DNA of 64,000 nucleotides, taken from contig DATKGU010000003.1 of the NCBI GenBank assembly GCA_035510635.1, positions 662 through 64,661 on the forward strand. The letters run 5' to 3'. Positions 8,686 through 16,981 of this stretch are shown here, piece by piece; position 1 is the first letter of the stretch; each line of letters opens with the position of its first letter. This DNA comes from Minisyncoccota bacterium (GTDB lineage: Bacteria > Patescibacteriota > Minisyncoccia > Phycocordibacterales > SBAW01). The notes below the pieces were generated by a model, which saw nothing but the letters and a program-made list of their open reading frames with translations, searched no databases and was not told the origin of the DNA. Position numbers and translations under genes: made by a program.

Positions 8686-10437
8686 ATGAAAACAACAGGA
8701 AAATTGAATTACGGAGGATACTCGCGCAAGTCGAGCGAGGCGGAAGATAAGCAAGCGCTCTCGATCGACTCGCAGATTGATGAACTCAAGAAGCTCGCCG
8801 CAAGCAAGAAAATCGTACTACGAGATGAAGACATAATGCAGGAAGCGCATTCAGCAAAAAGTGCCTTCGCCCGCCCCGTATTCGAATTGCTTATCAAGCA
8901 CATCGAGCAACGCAAGGTGCAAGGCTTACTTGTGTGGCATCCAAACCGGCTCTCACGCAACGCCGTCGACGCGGCGCGCCTTATCCAACTGATGGACGAA
9001 GGGAAACTCGTCGAGATAGTTACGCCGAGCCAGACGTTCCATGACACGCCGCAAGACAAGTTCTTCTTCACGCTCATGACCAGCCAAGCAAAAATGGAGA
9101 ACGATGCGAAAGGCATCGATGTAAAGCGCGGACTCCGAAAAAAGAACGAGATGGGGTACCCAGCCGGCGTCGCCAAACTGGGGTACGTCAATGACTACGG
9201 CGAAAAGGGATATCGGAAGCTCGAGGCGGACCCTGAGCGCTTCGAACTCGTAAAACAGCTGCTACTCATGTTTCTTTCGGGAAAGCACTCTGCACGAGCA
9301 CTCCTGAAGCACTCAACCAATGTCATGCGACTGCATACGATCCAGCGCAAAAAAGAAGGCGGCCGACCTATCCAACTCTCTCGTATTTATACGATGCTGC
9401 AAGACCCATTCTATGCAGGCTTCTTCTGGGCCAAAGACGAAAACAGAGAAACCAAGCGATATGAGGTCAACGAGGCTGTGCCGCGAATGATTACGGAAGC
9501 CCAGTACTGGGAGATACAGACCATGCTCGGCCGGAACGGTATCCCGCGCCCGACCCTTAACAAGGATTCGTTTCCGTACGCTGGTAGGACGCGATGCGGA
9601 AACTGTAACGGTACGGTGATTGCGGAACACAAGCACCAATTGATCTGCCCAAACTGCCGGAATAAATTCGCATACAAAAACAAAGAGGTGTGTCCGCGTT
9701 GCGACACCCGAATAGATCGCATGGAAAACGCGACATACCTCCACTACATCTACTACCACTGCAATAAAGGCAAAAACCCGACCTGCGAGGAGCCGAGCAT
9801 CCAGCAGTCGGGTATAGACGAATCCATGGCGAAGCGCATCGAACAGGAGCTCGAAACGTCGAGGGCCCTTAGTGAATGGTGCATCCAGCACCTTGAGATT
9901 ATCGCGGGCGAAGAGCGCAAAAATGAGTACGAGCGCAAAGAAGGCCTAAAGCGCGAGCTGGCGCAAAAAGAAAAAGAGAGCGAAGAACTCATTCGCATGC
10001 GCATGAAAGGCCTTATCGAGGACGATGACGAGTTCCTGCGATACAAGGAAGGGCTGGAGAGCGACAAGCGCCGAATAAAGCAAGTTCTAGACGACATGGG
10101 CGGAACGGACACCGCGAGTCTCGAGGAGGCAAAGAAAGCCTTCGCCGTGATCGTCGGATTGAGCGCAGTGTTCAAAAGCGGCACATTCGAGGAAAAACAG
10201 GAGGCTTTATCGGTGCTCGGTTCGAACCTAACTTTAAAGGAGAAAAACCTCAACGTTATCAACAAGAAAGTGTTCTTATTGATTTCAAAAGGCCTACTTG
10301 AGGCGAGAGCCAAAAACCCTACGTTCGAACCTAGAAATTATGAGGCAGATAAAGACGAAACGGAGGCATTCGCCTCCGTTCGTCCAACCTTGCTCCGCGA
10401 CCAGGACTCGAACCTGGAACCAACTCCTTACACGTAA
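8686..10437 (+). CDS. Large serine recombinase/integrase (resolvase-type catalytic domain, recombinase domain and zinc-ribbon). The annotated 3' end reads through into the tRNA-Asn 3' exon.
   Basis: N-terminus GYSRKSSEAEDKQALSID...VWHPNRLSRN (catalytic Ser, resolvase fold); Cys clusters CGNCNG...CPNC and CPRC...C (zinc ribbon); coiled-coil C-terminus; 583 aa. Confidence 0.85.
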   Translation: MKTTGKLNYGGYSRKSSEAEDKQALSIDSQIDELKKLAASKKIVLRDEDIMQEAHSAKSAFARPVFELLIKHIEQRKVQGLLVWHPNRLSRNAVDAARLIQLMDEGKLVEIVTPSQTFHDTPQDKFFFTLMTSQAKMENDAKGIDVKRGLRKKNEMGYPAGVAKLGYVNDYGEKGYRKLEADPERFELVKQLLLMFLSGKHSARALLKHSTNVMRLHTIQRKKEGGRPIQLSRIYTMLQDPFYAGFFWAKDENRETKRYEVNEAVPRMITEAQYWEIQTMLGRNGIPRPTLNKDSFPYAGRTRCGNCNGTVIAEHKHQLICPNCRNKFAYKNKEVCPRCDTRIDRMENATYLHYIYYHCNKGKNPTCEEPSIQQSGIDESMAKRIEQELETSRALSEWCIQHLEIIAGEERKNEYERKEGLKRELAQKEKESEELIRMRMKGLIEDDDEFLRYKEGLESDKRRIKQVLDDMGGTDTASLEEAKKAFAVIVGLSAVFKSGTFEEKQEALSVLGSNLTLKEKNLNVINKKVFLLISKGLLEARAKNPTFEPRNYEADKDETEAFASVRPTLLRDQDSNLEPTPYT

Positions 10438-10699
10438 TCCCACATTGCTGGGGGCGTGGACTATATCATCATCCCAGTTACTAAACTGTCGGATGCGAGG
10501 CGCTTCGTGCCGCAAAACAACTTTGCGGAACTACTCCCTTGCGGGATAGTCTCTACACCTTTTCCAAAACTTTTGGAACTTGGCTCGGGATTGCCCTTAT
10601 TGCTAAGGGTTTCCCCGAATTCACCTCGTTTTGCAATCCAGATTACGCTGGAAAGCTGCCTTTTGACAGGGAGCTGCTCTACCATTGAGCTATCGCGGA
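10393..10699 (-). tRNA. tRNA-Asn(GUU) interrupted by a group I intron in the anticodon loop (exons 10666-10699 and 10393-10430; mature length 72 nt, CCA not encoded).
   Basis: 5' exon UCCGCGA-UA-GCUC-AAUGGUA-GAGC-A-GCUCC-CUGU. 3' exon UAA-GGAGU-UGGUU-CCAGG-UUCGAGU-CCUGG-UCGCGGA-G. Acceptor stems complementary, U1-A72, G73, loop CUGUUAA identical to E. coli tRNA-Asn. An alternative splice reading would give Thr(UGU). Confidence 0.65.
10431..10665 (-). ncRNA. Group I self-splicing intron, IC3-like (Azoarcus/tRNA-type), 235 nt, no ORF.
   Basis: P1: exon CUGU^C pairs with IGS GGCAG (U.G at the splice site). R-like GGUGUAGAGACUA and S-like GAUAUAGUCC elements form P7 (GACUA/UAGUC). Strong similarity to the Azoarcus intron core (AAUUCGGGGAAACC...CCGAGCCAAGUUCC...AAGGUGUAGAGACUA). 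Terminal G before the 3' exon. Confidence 0.7.
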
Positions 10700-10835
10700 A
10701 TGTCTATCCCCAGTGCGGGAATACTCATGGATAATAGCTCAAAAGGAATCGTTTGGAAAGTTCACCTTATCTTTATAGGGTATACTTACTATTGATTTAA
10801 GAGATGAGTTTTTATCAACTAAAACGGATATTTTT

Positions 10836-11207
10836 ATGATAGCGCACACCTCGATACCGGTCGGCAATTACAAAAAGGCCAAGGAATTTTATCAAAAGGT
10901 GCTCGCGCCTTTGGGCTATACACAAAATATGGAGTATGGCGAAGCGGCCGGCTTTAACGACGGCACAAACACCGACTTTTGGGTTGGCACTAACGAAAAG
11001 GGCATTGTGCCAACACATGTTGCCTTTATGGCCAAGAACAAAGAGGAAGTTGAAGCCTTTTATAAGGCAGCTCTTGATGCCGGCGCCACGGACAACGGCG
11101 CCCCCGGATATCGCAAAGAGTATTGGCCCGGATACTATGCCGCATTTGTGCATGATGCCGACGGCCACAATATAGAGGCGGTGTGGTTTGATTATGATGC
11201 TAAATAG
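10836..11207 (+). CDS. VOC/glyoxalase-bleomycin resistance family protein.
   Basis: 123 aa, N-terminus MIAHTSIPVGNYKKAKEFYQKVLAPLGY typical of glyoxalase-like fold. Confidence 0.65.
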   Translation: MIAHTSIPVGNYKKAKEFYQKVLAPLGYTQNMEYGEAAGFNDGTNTDFWVGTNEKGIVPTHVAFMAKNKEEVEAFYKAALDAGATDNGAPGYRKEYWPGYYAAFVHDADGHNIEAVWFDYDAK

Positions 11208-11215
11208 AGAATGTA

Positions 11216-11581
11216 ATGAATTACAACATTAAGGGCACGGATATTACGGTGACTCCCGAGATACGCGACTATCTCTCAAAAAAGCTAGAGCGCTTCGACA
11301 AGTTTATGCAGGCAAAAGATGCGGCGCGCGCCGATGTTGAGCTTAGCTACCTCGTTGGCGAGGCAAAAATGTATCGCGCCGAAATTATGTTGTTTGAGCA
11401 AAGCTTGCCGTCGCCCTTGCGTGCGGTGGCGGAGGGCGGTGTGTTGTATGAGGCGATAGACAAAGCGGCGGGCGACATTTTTACCGAGCTTACGCGCGGC
11501 AAAAAAAAGCAGCAGCACGTTTTTCGCCGCGGAGCGGCGAGGATTAAAGACTACCTCCGCGGATTTCGCAGCAGGCCATAG
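11216..11581 (+). CDS. hpf: Ribosome hibernation promoting factor / RaiA (short form).
   Basis: MNYNIKGTDITVTPEIRDYLSKKLERFDKF... characteristic HPF/YfiA N-terminus; 121 aa. Confidence 0.85.
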   Translation: MNYNIKGTDITVTPEIRDYLSKKLERFDKFMQAKDAARADVELSYLVGEAKMYRAEIMLFEQSLPSPLRAVAEGGVLYEAIDKAAGDIFTELTRGKKKQQHVFRRGAARIKDYLRGFRSRP

Positions 11582-12411
11582 GGCATTTCCTTTTTACCCT
11601 CGGGGATTACTTTAAGTATGGTGAGTGCGCCATCTTTGAACTCAGCATCAGTGATGATGACTCGCTTTCCTCCTGTATCAATAAAATGCGCGCGCGGATT
11701 TTTGTCGAACGCGCGGATTTTTAAATAATTTTGCCGAGCATCGCCAGAGAGGTCGATGAGGGAGTCGTCATCGGTAAACTTGCGCGTAAATGTTACTTTG
11801 CTCTCATCTTGCGGCTCGGGTGTTATTTTGCCAGCTAGCCACAATGGTAGTGTCTCGGCGAGCACGTTGCCTCCCTCGGTCGCGAGCAGCTCCTCAAACT
11901 GCGAGCCCGGCATCGGCCATGCATCCTCCTCAAGCTCCACGCGTGCTTGTGCAACAATCGGCCCCGCGTCCATAGCCTCGCTCATCTGCATGATTGATAC
12001 GCCGGTAACTCGCTCGTCGGCCAATATTGCCGAGAGGGCAGGCGAGGGGCCGCGGAACTTTGGCAAAAGCGAGGGGTGCACGTTTAGTGCGCCGCGCCGC
12101 GGCATGTCAAGAAACTTTTTTGGTATAAGTTTGGCATAGGCCGCCACCACAAACACGTCCCACTCGGTGTTTTGCAACTCGGCAAAGAGCTCTTCGTTTT
12201 TGAGCGTCGTCGGCGTAAGCACGTCGATGCCGCGCTCCTTGGCCCACGCTTTGGCAGGGGCCTCTTTGAGCTCCATCCCGCGGCCTGCCGGTTTGTCGGG
12301 CGCGGTTATAACTAAAGCTGGCAAGATTCCGTGGCTCTCGAGTGCATTGAGTACTGTGACCGCAAAGTGCGGCGTGCCAAAAAAAGCAAAAAGCGGTTTT
12401 TTAGTACTCAT
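11551..12411 (-). CDS. fmt: Methionyl-tRNA formyltransferase.
   Basis: N-terminus MSTKKPLFAFFGTPHFAVTVLNAL; def-fmt arrangement. Confidence 0.9.
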   Translation of the reverse strand: MSTKKPLFAFFGTPHFAVTVLNALESHGILPALVITAPDKPAGRGMELKEAPAKAWAKERGIDVLTPTTLKNEELFAELQNTEWDVFVVAAYAKLIPKKFLDMPRRGALNVHPSLLPKFRGPSPALSAILADERVTGVSIMQMSEAMDAGPIVAQARVELEEDAWPMPGSQFEELLATEGGNVLAETLPLWLAGKITPEPQDESKVTFTRKFTDDDSLIDLSGDARQNYLKIRAFDKNPRAHFIDTGGKRVIITDAEFKDGALTILKVIPEGKKEMPYGLLRNPRR

Positions 12412-12414
12412 ATA

Positions 12415-12990
12415 TTAGATGTTATGTTTTTGTTTGAGTTTTTCGCGGGCGCTTTTTAAATCTTGGTCCTCTTCAAGTTTGACTGCTTTGTCGGTATACA
12501 AAATGCCGTCGAGATGGTCATACTCGTGTTGAAATATGTGTCCGATGAGTCCCGAACCATGATAGATAAACGCTTTGCCGGTTTCGTCGAACGCTTTAAT
12601 AGTGGCTTTTTCGTGGCGCATCACGGTGCCATATTTGCCGCGCACCGAGAGACAGCCCTCCGACATCTCTTTTTGTTTGCGGGAGAGGCGGGTGAGCTCG
12701 GGGTTGATAAACACCAAGTCGGGCGGCACGTCGCGGTCGGCATGCTCATCTTCCTCAAAAGCTTTTTTATCTTCGTCAGTTAAAAATGCTTTGCCAGCAA
12801 TCACAAATATGCGTAAGGCCTCGCCGATTTGAGGGGCGGCGATAGCCACGCCAAAATCCTCTTTAGATAAGGCCTTTTTCATATGGGCGATAATTTTTTT
12901 GATAGCCGGCGACGTGATGTCTTTTTTGGCGACTGGCTTTGCCTTTTGTCGAAGCACCAAGGCTCCCGCCTGCACGATAGGGTCTTTCAT
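12415..12990 (-). CDS. def: Peptide deformylase.
   Basis: Motifs GCLS, HEYDHLDG (HExxH); immediately upstream of fmt. Confidence 0.9.
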   Translation of the reverse strand: MKDPIVQAGALVLRQKAKPVAKKDITSPAIKKIIAHMKKALSKEDFGVAIAAPQIGEALRIFVIAGKAFLTDEDKKAFEEDEHADRDVPPDLVFINPELTRLSRKQKEMSEGCLSVRGKYGTVMRHEKATIKAFDETGKAFIYHGSGLIGHIFQHEYDHLDGILYTDKAVKLEEDQDLKSAREKLKQKHNI

Positions 12991-13034
12991 ACGAGAATTT
13001 TATTATGCCATGTTTAGAAAAAAAAGAAAGGGGA

Positions 13035-13106
13035 ACCTAAAACAGAAATGAGATTTTGCTCCCCTTGGCAGCTCGCAGCGCTCCCAAAATCTCATTTCTG
13101 TTTTAG
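13035..13106. repeat. Perfect inverted repeat with 23-bp arms (CCTAAAACAGAAATGAGATTTTG / CAAAATCTCATTTCTGTTTTAGG) and a 26-nt spacer.
   Basis: Exact reverse-complement arms read directly from the sequence; sits between divergent def and aminotransferase genes. Confidence 0.9.
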
Positions 13107-13114
13107 GTTTAGAT

Positions 13115-14314
13115 TTGGTATACAATAGACACATGTCACTATTTAAGGGCAAAGAGCATGATGCGCGAGAGGATTTTAAGTATCTCGCACCCAATTCATA
13201 CTATTTTGACTCGGCATGCCAGACTTTGCGGCCCTCGCAAGTGATAGAGGCGCAGCGCGCCTATTTTGAAACATTTAACGCCTGCGGCGGCCGAGTTTCG
13301 TATCCGTGGGGCGAGAAGGTAGACGAAATTACCGAGCATGCGCGCGCCGGCGTGCTCAACCACTTTGGACTCTCTGCCAAAGAGTACGCGGTTTCTTTTA
13401 CACAAAACACGACCTACGGGATCAATCTTTTACTTTCACAATTGCCAGCGGGGAAGTATGCGCGCGTGGTTACGTCAGAAATTGAGCACAACTCGGTTTT
13501 TTTGCCGACCATGACACTGGCCAAGCGTCTCGGCATCCCGCGCGTGGTGCTTTCGCGCGCCGATGACGGCGCGCTCAGCTACGAGCCCGCCGACCTCGAC
13601 CGCGCGGTGGTGGTTGTTAACGCACGCTCCAACTTTGGTGGGCAGGCGCTCACCAATGTGCAGCAATTGGTAAAAGACACGCATGCCAAAGGCGGTATTG
13701 TAATAATTGACGCAGCACAAGCCGCCGCGCATGAGCCGGCGCTCCTGCGAGGATGCGGCGCCGACGCGATTGTTGCTTCGGCGCACAAAATGTACGGCCC
13801 GAGTCTTGGCGTGGTGGCCGCACGCATTGCGCTCCTCAACGAACTGGAGTTGTCGTTTGTGGGCGGCGGGATGGTGCGCGATGTCGAGAAAAATTCTTTT
13901 TTGGCGAGCATCGAGCCGCACGACAAGCTTGAGCCCGGGCTCCAAAACTACAGCGGCATTGTGGGGTTCGACGCAGCCATGCCGCGCCTTGCGGCGTATG
14001 AGAAAAGCGGCAAAGAAAAAGAGCTTTCAGTACAGCTTTCGAAATCGCTTGCTGAGTTGCCGCTCACCTTTGTTACCAAAGAGCAGAGTTCGATTGTAAG
14101 TTTTTATAGCGAAAAGGTAGACTCGCATCGCCTCGCTCTTTTGTTGGCAGGGCAGGGCATCATGGTGCGCAGCGGATATTTTTGCTGTCACTATTATCTC
14201 CAAAAGGTAAAACAGTATCCGACGCTCGTGCGATTTTCGCTCGGGGCGCACAATACCGAGGAGGACATTGTGCACACGGTCTCAACATTAAAAACAATTC
14301 TTAACAATATATAA
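13115..14314 (+). CDS. Class V aminotransferase-fold PLP enzyme (cysteine desulfurase-like, SufS/NifS family).
   Basis: PLP-lysine context SAHKMYGP; ~400 aa; family-typical N-terminal region. Confidence 0.75.
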   Translation: MVYNRHMSLFKGKEHDAREDFKYLAPNSYYFDSACQTLRPSQVIEAQRAYFETFNACGGRVSYPWGEKVDEITEHARAGVLNHFGLSAKEYAVSFTQNTTYGINLLLSQLPAGKYARVVTSEIEHNSVFLPTMTLAKRLGIPRVVLSRADDGALSYEPADLDRAVVVVNARSNFGGQALTNVQQLVKDTHAKGGIVIIDAAQAAAHEPALLRGCGADAIVASAHKMYGPSLGVVAARIALLNELELSFVGGGMVRDVEKNSFLASIEPHDKLEPGLQNYSGIVGFDAAMPRLAAYEKSGKEKELSVQLSKSLAELPLTFVTKEQSSIVSFYSEKVDSHRLALLLAGQGIMVRSGYFCCHYYLQKVKQYPTLVRFSLGAHNTEEDIVHTVSTLKTILNNI

Positions 14315-14317
14315 CCC

Positions 14318-15394
14318 ATGTTTTGTATCGCCGCTTTCATCATTTTGTGCTTTCTCGGCATCTTTTCGGCACGATATCGCCGGTTGGCGGGCAAGGCGTG
14401 GTATTGCGTCTCGCGCAAACTAACCCTCCGCACCTGCGAGATACGTTTTGATGAGGAGCTCAAGGGCAAGCTCTTAGGCAAGCTCATTATCACGCATCCG
14501 CACGTCGCGCGCTGGCTCAGCCGCTGGTTTGATGTGCTCGCGTTTATTTTTGTCGTGCTCAGCATTTGGAGCTTAGTCGTGGTGCTTATCGCAGGGCTCA
14601 ATCTCTTTGTATACGGCACATGCGACCCGCAAAACGCCGAGGCGTGCTCTTTGAGCTCCGAGACATGCTCGATTGCGAGTGCACAGGAAACATTTGTGCA
14701 ATCGGTACTCGACAATCACGAGCTTACCTGGGCGGCTAATCAAGTTACCGACCTGGGCGAAGCTATACAGCGCATACCGGATAGGCTTAAAAACTGGAAC
14801 GTCGCTGATTACATCACCACCGACAACACCTACTACGCGCCGTACGATGCCGCAAAGCAAACCGCACTCGAGATCATCGACCCGGGTTGTATTTATTGCG
14901 CAAAATTATTTGCCAACATCGAGACGGCCGATTTTGAACATACCCACAATCTCACCTACATTGCGTATCCAATCCCTAACCCTGACAAACCGGGAGTATA
15001 TAAGTTTAAAAACTCGTATTTAATCGCCGAGTATCTTGAGGCGGCCAAGCGCATTGCACCGGCAACAGCGAGCACGACACCTCCCGACTGGCAGGTGCTC
15101 AAAGCAGTGTTTACGGGGAAGGATGCAAACGGTGCGCAGTTGCAAGACCTCTTTGACGGCTACTACACAACCGAGCAAGCCACGGCAGAGCTCCACGCGC
15201 TCCTCATTGCGGCGGGGTACTCGCAAAGCCAATTGCCGGCGCTCGATAAAGAGGCCGCCTCGGCCGAGGTTGCGAGCGCACTCGCGGCACAAAAGGCGGT
15301 AGTTGAGCAACAAATCCACACGGTTAAAATCCCCACCATAATCTTTGGCGGACAGCGTTATAGCCAAGTACTCTCGCCAGCGCAACTCAAGTAA
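14318..15394 (+). CDS. Membrane-anchored DsbA-like thiol:disulfide oxidoreductase (thioredoxin fold, CxxC).
   Basis: Two N-terminal TM helices; DPGCIYCAKLF (CxxC) motif; additional Cys pairs in the N-terminal region. Confidence 0.5.
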   Translation: MFCIAAFIILCFLGIFSARYRRLAGKAWYCVSRKLTLRTCEIRFDEELKGKLLGKLIITHPHVARWLSRWFDVLAFIFVVLSIWSLVVVLIAGLNLFVYGTCDPQNAEACSLSSETCSIASAQETFVQSVLDNHELTWAANQVTDLGEAIQRIPDRLKNWNVADYITTDNTYYAPYDAAKQTALEIIDPGCIYCAKLFANIETADFEHTHNLTYIAYPIPNPDKPGVYKFKNSYLIAEYLEAAKRIAPATASTTPPDWQVLKAVFTGKDANGAQLQDLFDGYYTTEQATAELHALLIAAGYSQSQLPALDKEAASAEVASALAAQKAVVEQQIHTVKIPTIIFGGQRYSQVLSPAQLK

Positions 15395-15396
15395 CC

Positions 15397-15678
15397 ATGG
15401 ACCACATCAGCGCGCACATACAAAAAGCCGCGTACAAAAAAGACAGGGTCACCGAGCGCGGCGAGCTGATGCAATATTTTATGGAGCGGCTCAATACCGC
15501 GCGTGTGCGCGACGGGTTAGGCAAGCTCACCATGCCGCGCATGGGGCGCTTGCTCCTCGCCATACCCACTAAAGATTTGTACTACCTCAAGAGTGTGTGC
15601 GACAATGCAAAGGACTTTTCCAAAAAGTTTTGGTGGGAAATCAATCCTAAAAATCATCCTGAAAAAAATGCAAAGTAA
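15397..15678 (+). CDS. Hypothetical small protein.
   Basis: ORF between dsbA-like and murA; no motif. Confidence 0.3.
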   Translation: MDHISAHIQKAAYKKDRVTERGELMQYFMERLNTARVRDGLGKLTMPRMGRLLLAIPTKDLYYLKSVCDNAKDFSKKFWWEINPKNHPEKNAK

Positions 15679-16942
15679 ATTTATTGTCGAAGGGCTCGCG
15701 GGCAAAAAAACCTTAGAGGGGGAGATTGTCGTGGGCGGCGCCAAAAACGCGGCCACCAAAGCGCTTGCCGCATCTATTTTGTTTGAAGATGAGCTCACGT
15801 ACGAAAATATGCCCGAGATAGAAGACGTTGCGCGCATGCGCGAGCTCCTCGCTATTGCCAAGCAGGGCAATGTACTCAACCCAGTGATGGATAAAACAAT
15901 ATCCGAGCGCATGCGCTCCTCTATTGTGATGACGGGTCCTTTGCTTGCGCGAGCGGGCACCGTGACCTTCCCGTTCCCCGGCGGATGTGTGCTTGGCGAG
16001 CGGCCGATTGATTTGTTTTTGGAAGGATTTAAAGCGATGGGTGCCTCGGTGGAGGAGCGCGATGATTTATTTATTGTCACGGCGGGCCCCTCGACAGAGC
16101 TCGGGGTAAACAAACTTAAAGGCACGCACATTACATTCCCATTTGTGTCGGTCACAGCCACCGAGACACTCATGCTCGCGGCTGTGCTCGCCGAGGGCAC
16201 CACGATTTTGGAAAATGCTGCGATGGAGCCCGAGATCCCGCACTTGGCCGAGTTTTTAAACTCGTGCGGCGCACACATCGAAGGTGTAGGCTCGAGCCTT
16301 ATAAAAATTATCGGCGGCGGTTTGCTCAAGGCCGAGGGAAGGGTGTTTGTAACACCTCCCGATAGGATTGAGGCAGGAAGTTTTGTCATACTCGCCGCAC
16401 TTGCAGGCAAAGAGGTAACGATACAAAAATGCGAGCCAAAACACATGGGTGCACTCATCACGTTGCTCAAGCGTGCGGGCGTGCCGCTTGAGGTTGGCAG
16501 CGACTATATAAAGGTATCGGCAGGCGAGGTGCCAAACAGCGCGTTTAAGTTGGTCTCCGTGCGCACACACGAGTATCCGGGATTCCCCACTGACCTCCAA
16601 GCGCCGATGGCGGTATTGCTCTCGCAAGCAACCGGCGAGGGTACGATACTCGAAACAATTTTTGACGGGCGTTTTAGATACGCCGACGACCTCGTGCGCA
16701 TGGGCGCCGACATCACGGTAATGAATCCGCACAAAATTTTAATTAAAGGGCCGCGAAGCCTCAGCCGCAAAGAGCTCGAGAGCCCCGACCTGCGCGGCGG
16801 CCTCGCATACATAATTGCCGCCAGCGTAGCAGCAGGCACCTCAACCATAAGCAACGCCTACGTGATAGACCGCGGCTATGAGCATATAGAGGAGCGTCTC
16901 CAAAAACTCGGCCTCAATATAAAGAGGGAAACAGCCTCATAA
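15668..16942 (+). CDS. murA: UDP-N-acetylglucosamine 1-carboxyvinyltransferase (start at MQSKFIVEG).
   Basis: Full-length MurA similarity including active-site Cys in PFPGGCVLGERPID. Confidence 0.9.
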   Translation: MQSKFIVEGLAGKKTLEGEIVVGGAKNAATKALAASILFEDELTYENMPEIEDVARMRELLAIAKQGNVLNPVMDKTISERMRSSIVMTGPLLARAGTVTFPFPGGCVLGERPIDLFLEGFKAMGASVEERDDLFIVTAGPSTELGVNKLKGTHITFPFVSVTATETLMLAAVLAEGTTILENAAMEPEIPHLAEFLNSCGAHIEGVGSSLIKIIGGGLLKAEGRVFVTPPDRIEAGSFVILAALAGKEVTIQKCEPKHMGALITLLKRAGVPLEVGSDYIKVSAGEVPNSAFKLVSVRTHEYPGFPTDLQAPMAVLLSQATGEGTILETIFDGRFRYADDLVRMGADITVMNPHKILIKGPRSLSRKELESPDLRGGLAYIIAASVAAGTSTISNAYVIDRGYEHIEERLQKLGLNIKRETAS

Positions 16943-16981
16943 TTTGTTTAAGTAGGCTGGCTCTTGTATCATGGGCTGGCA

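Larger units (their letters stand above)
1..10392. mobile_element. Putative integrative defence island (partial; left end beyond window start) bounded on the right by the 3' end of tRNA-Asn. Carries HEPN/Abi-like genes, an R-M system, a wHTH regulator and a large serine recombinase.
   Basis: Accessory gene content, recombinase gene directly abutting the tRNA 3' end, orientation consistent with integration at the tRNA 3' end. No flanking direct repeat visible inside the window. Confidence 0.5.

Noticed and set aside
9313-10313. Two minus-strand ORFs (192 and 186 aa) inside the recombinase gene
   Set aside because: Antisense to a well-supported serine recombinase; Ser/Arg-rich shadow translations.
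10393-10699. Alternative intron placement giving tRNA-Thr(UGU) (5' exon ending CU, 3' exon UGUAA...)
   Set aside because: No P1 helix with a U.G pair can be formed for that splice site, and discriminator G73 fits Asn. Retained only as a minor alternative.
15517-16470. 317-aa minus-strand ORF
   Set aside because: Antisense to murA; low-complexity S/A-rich translation; shadow ORF.
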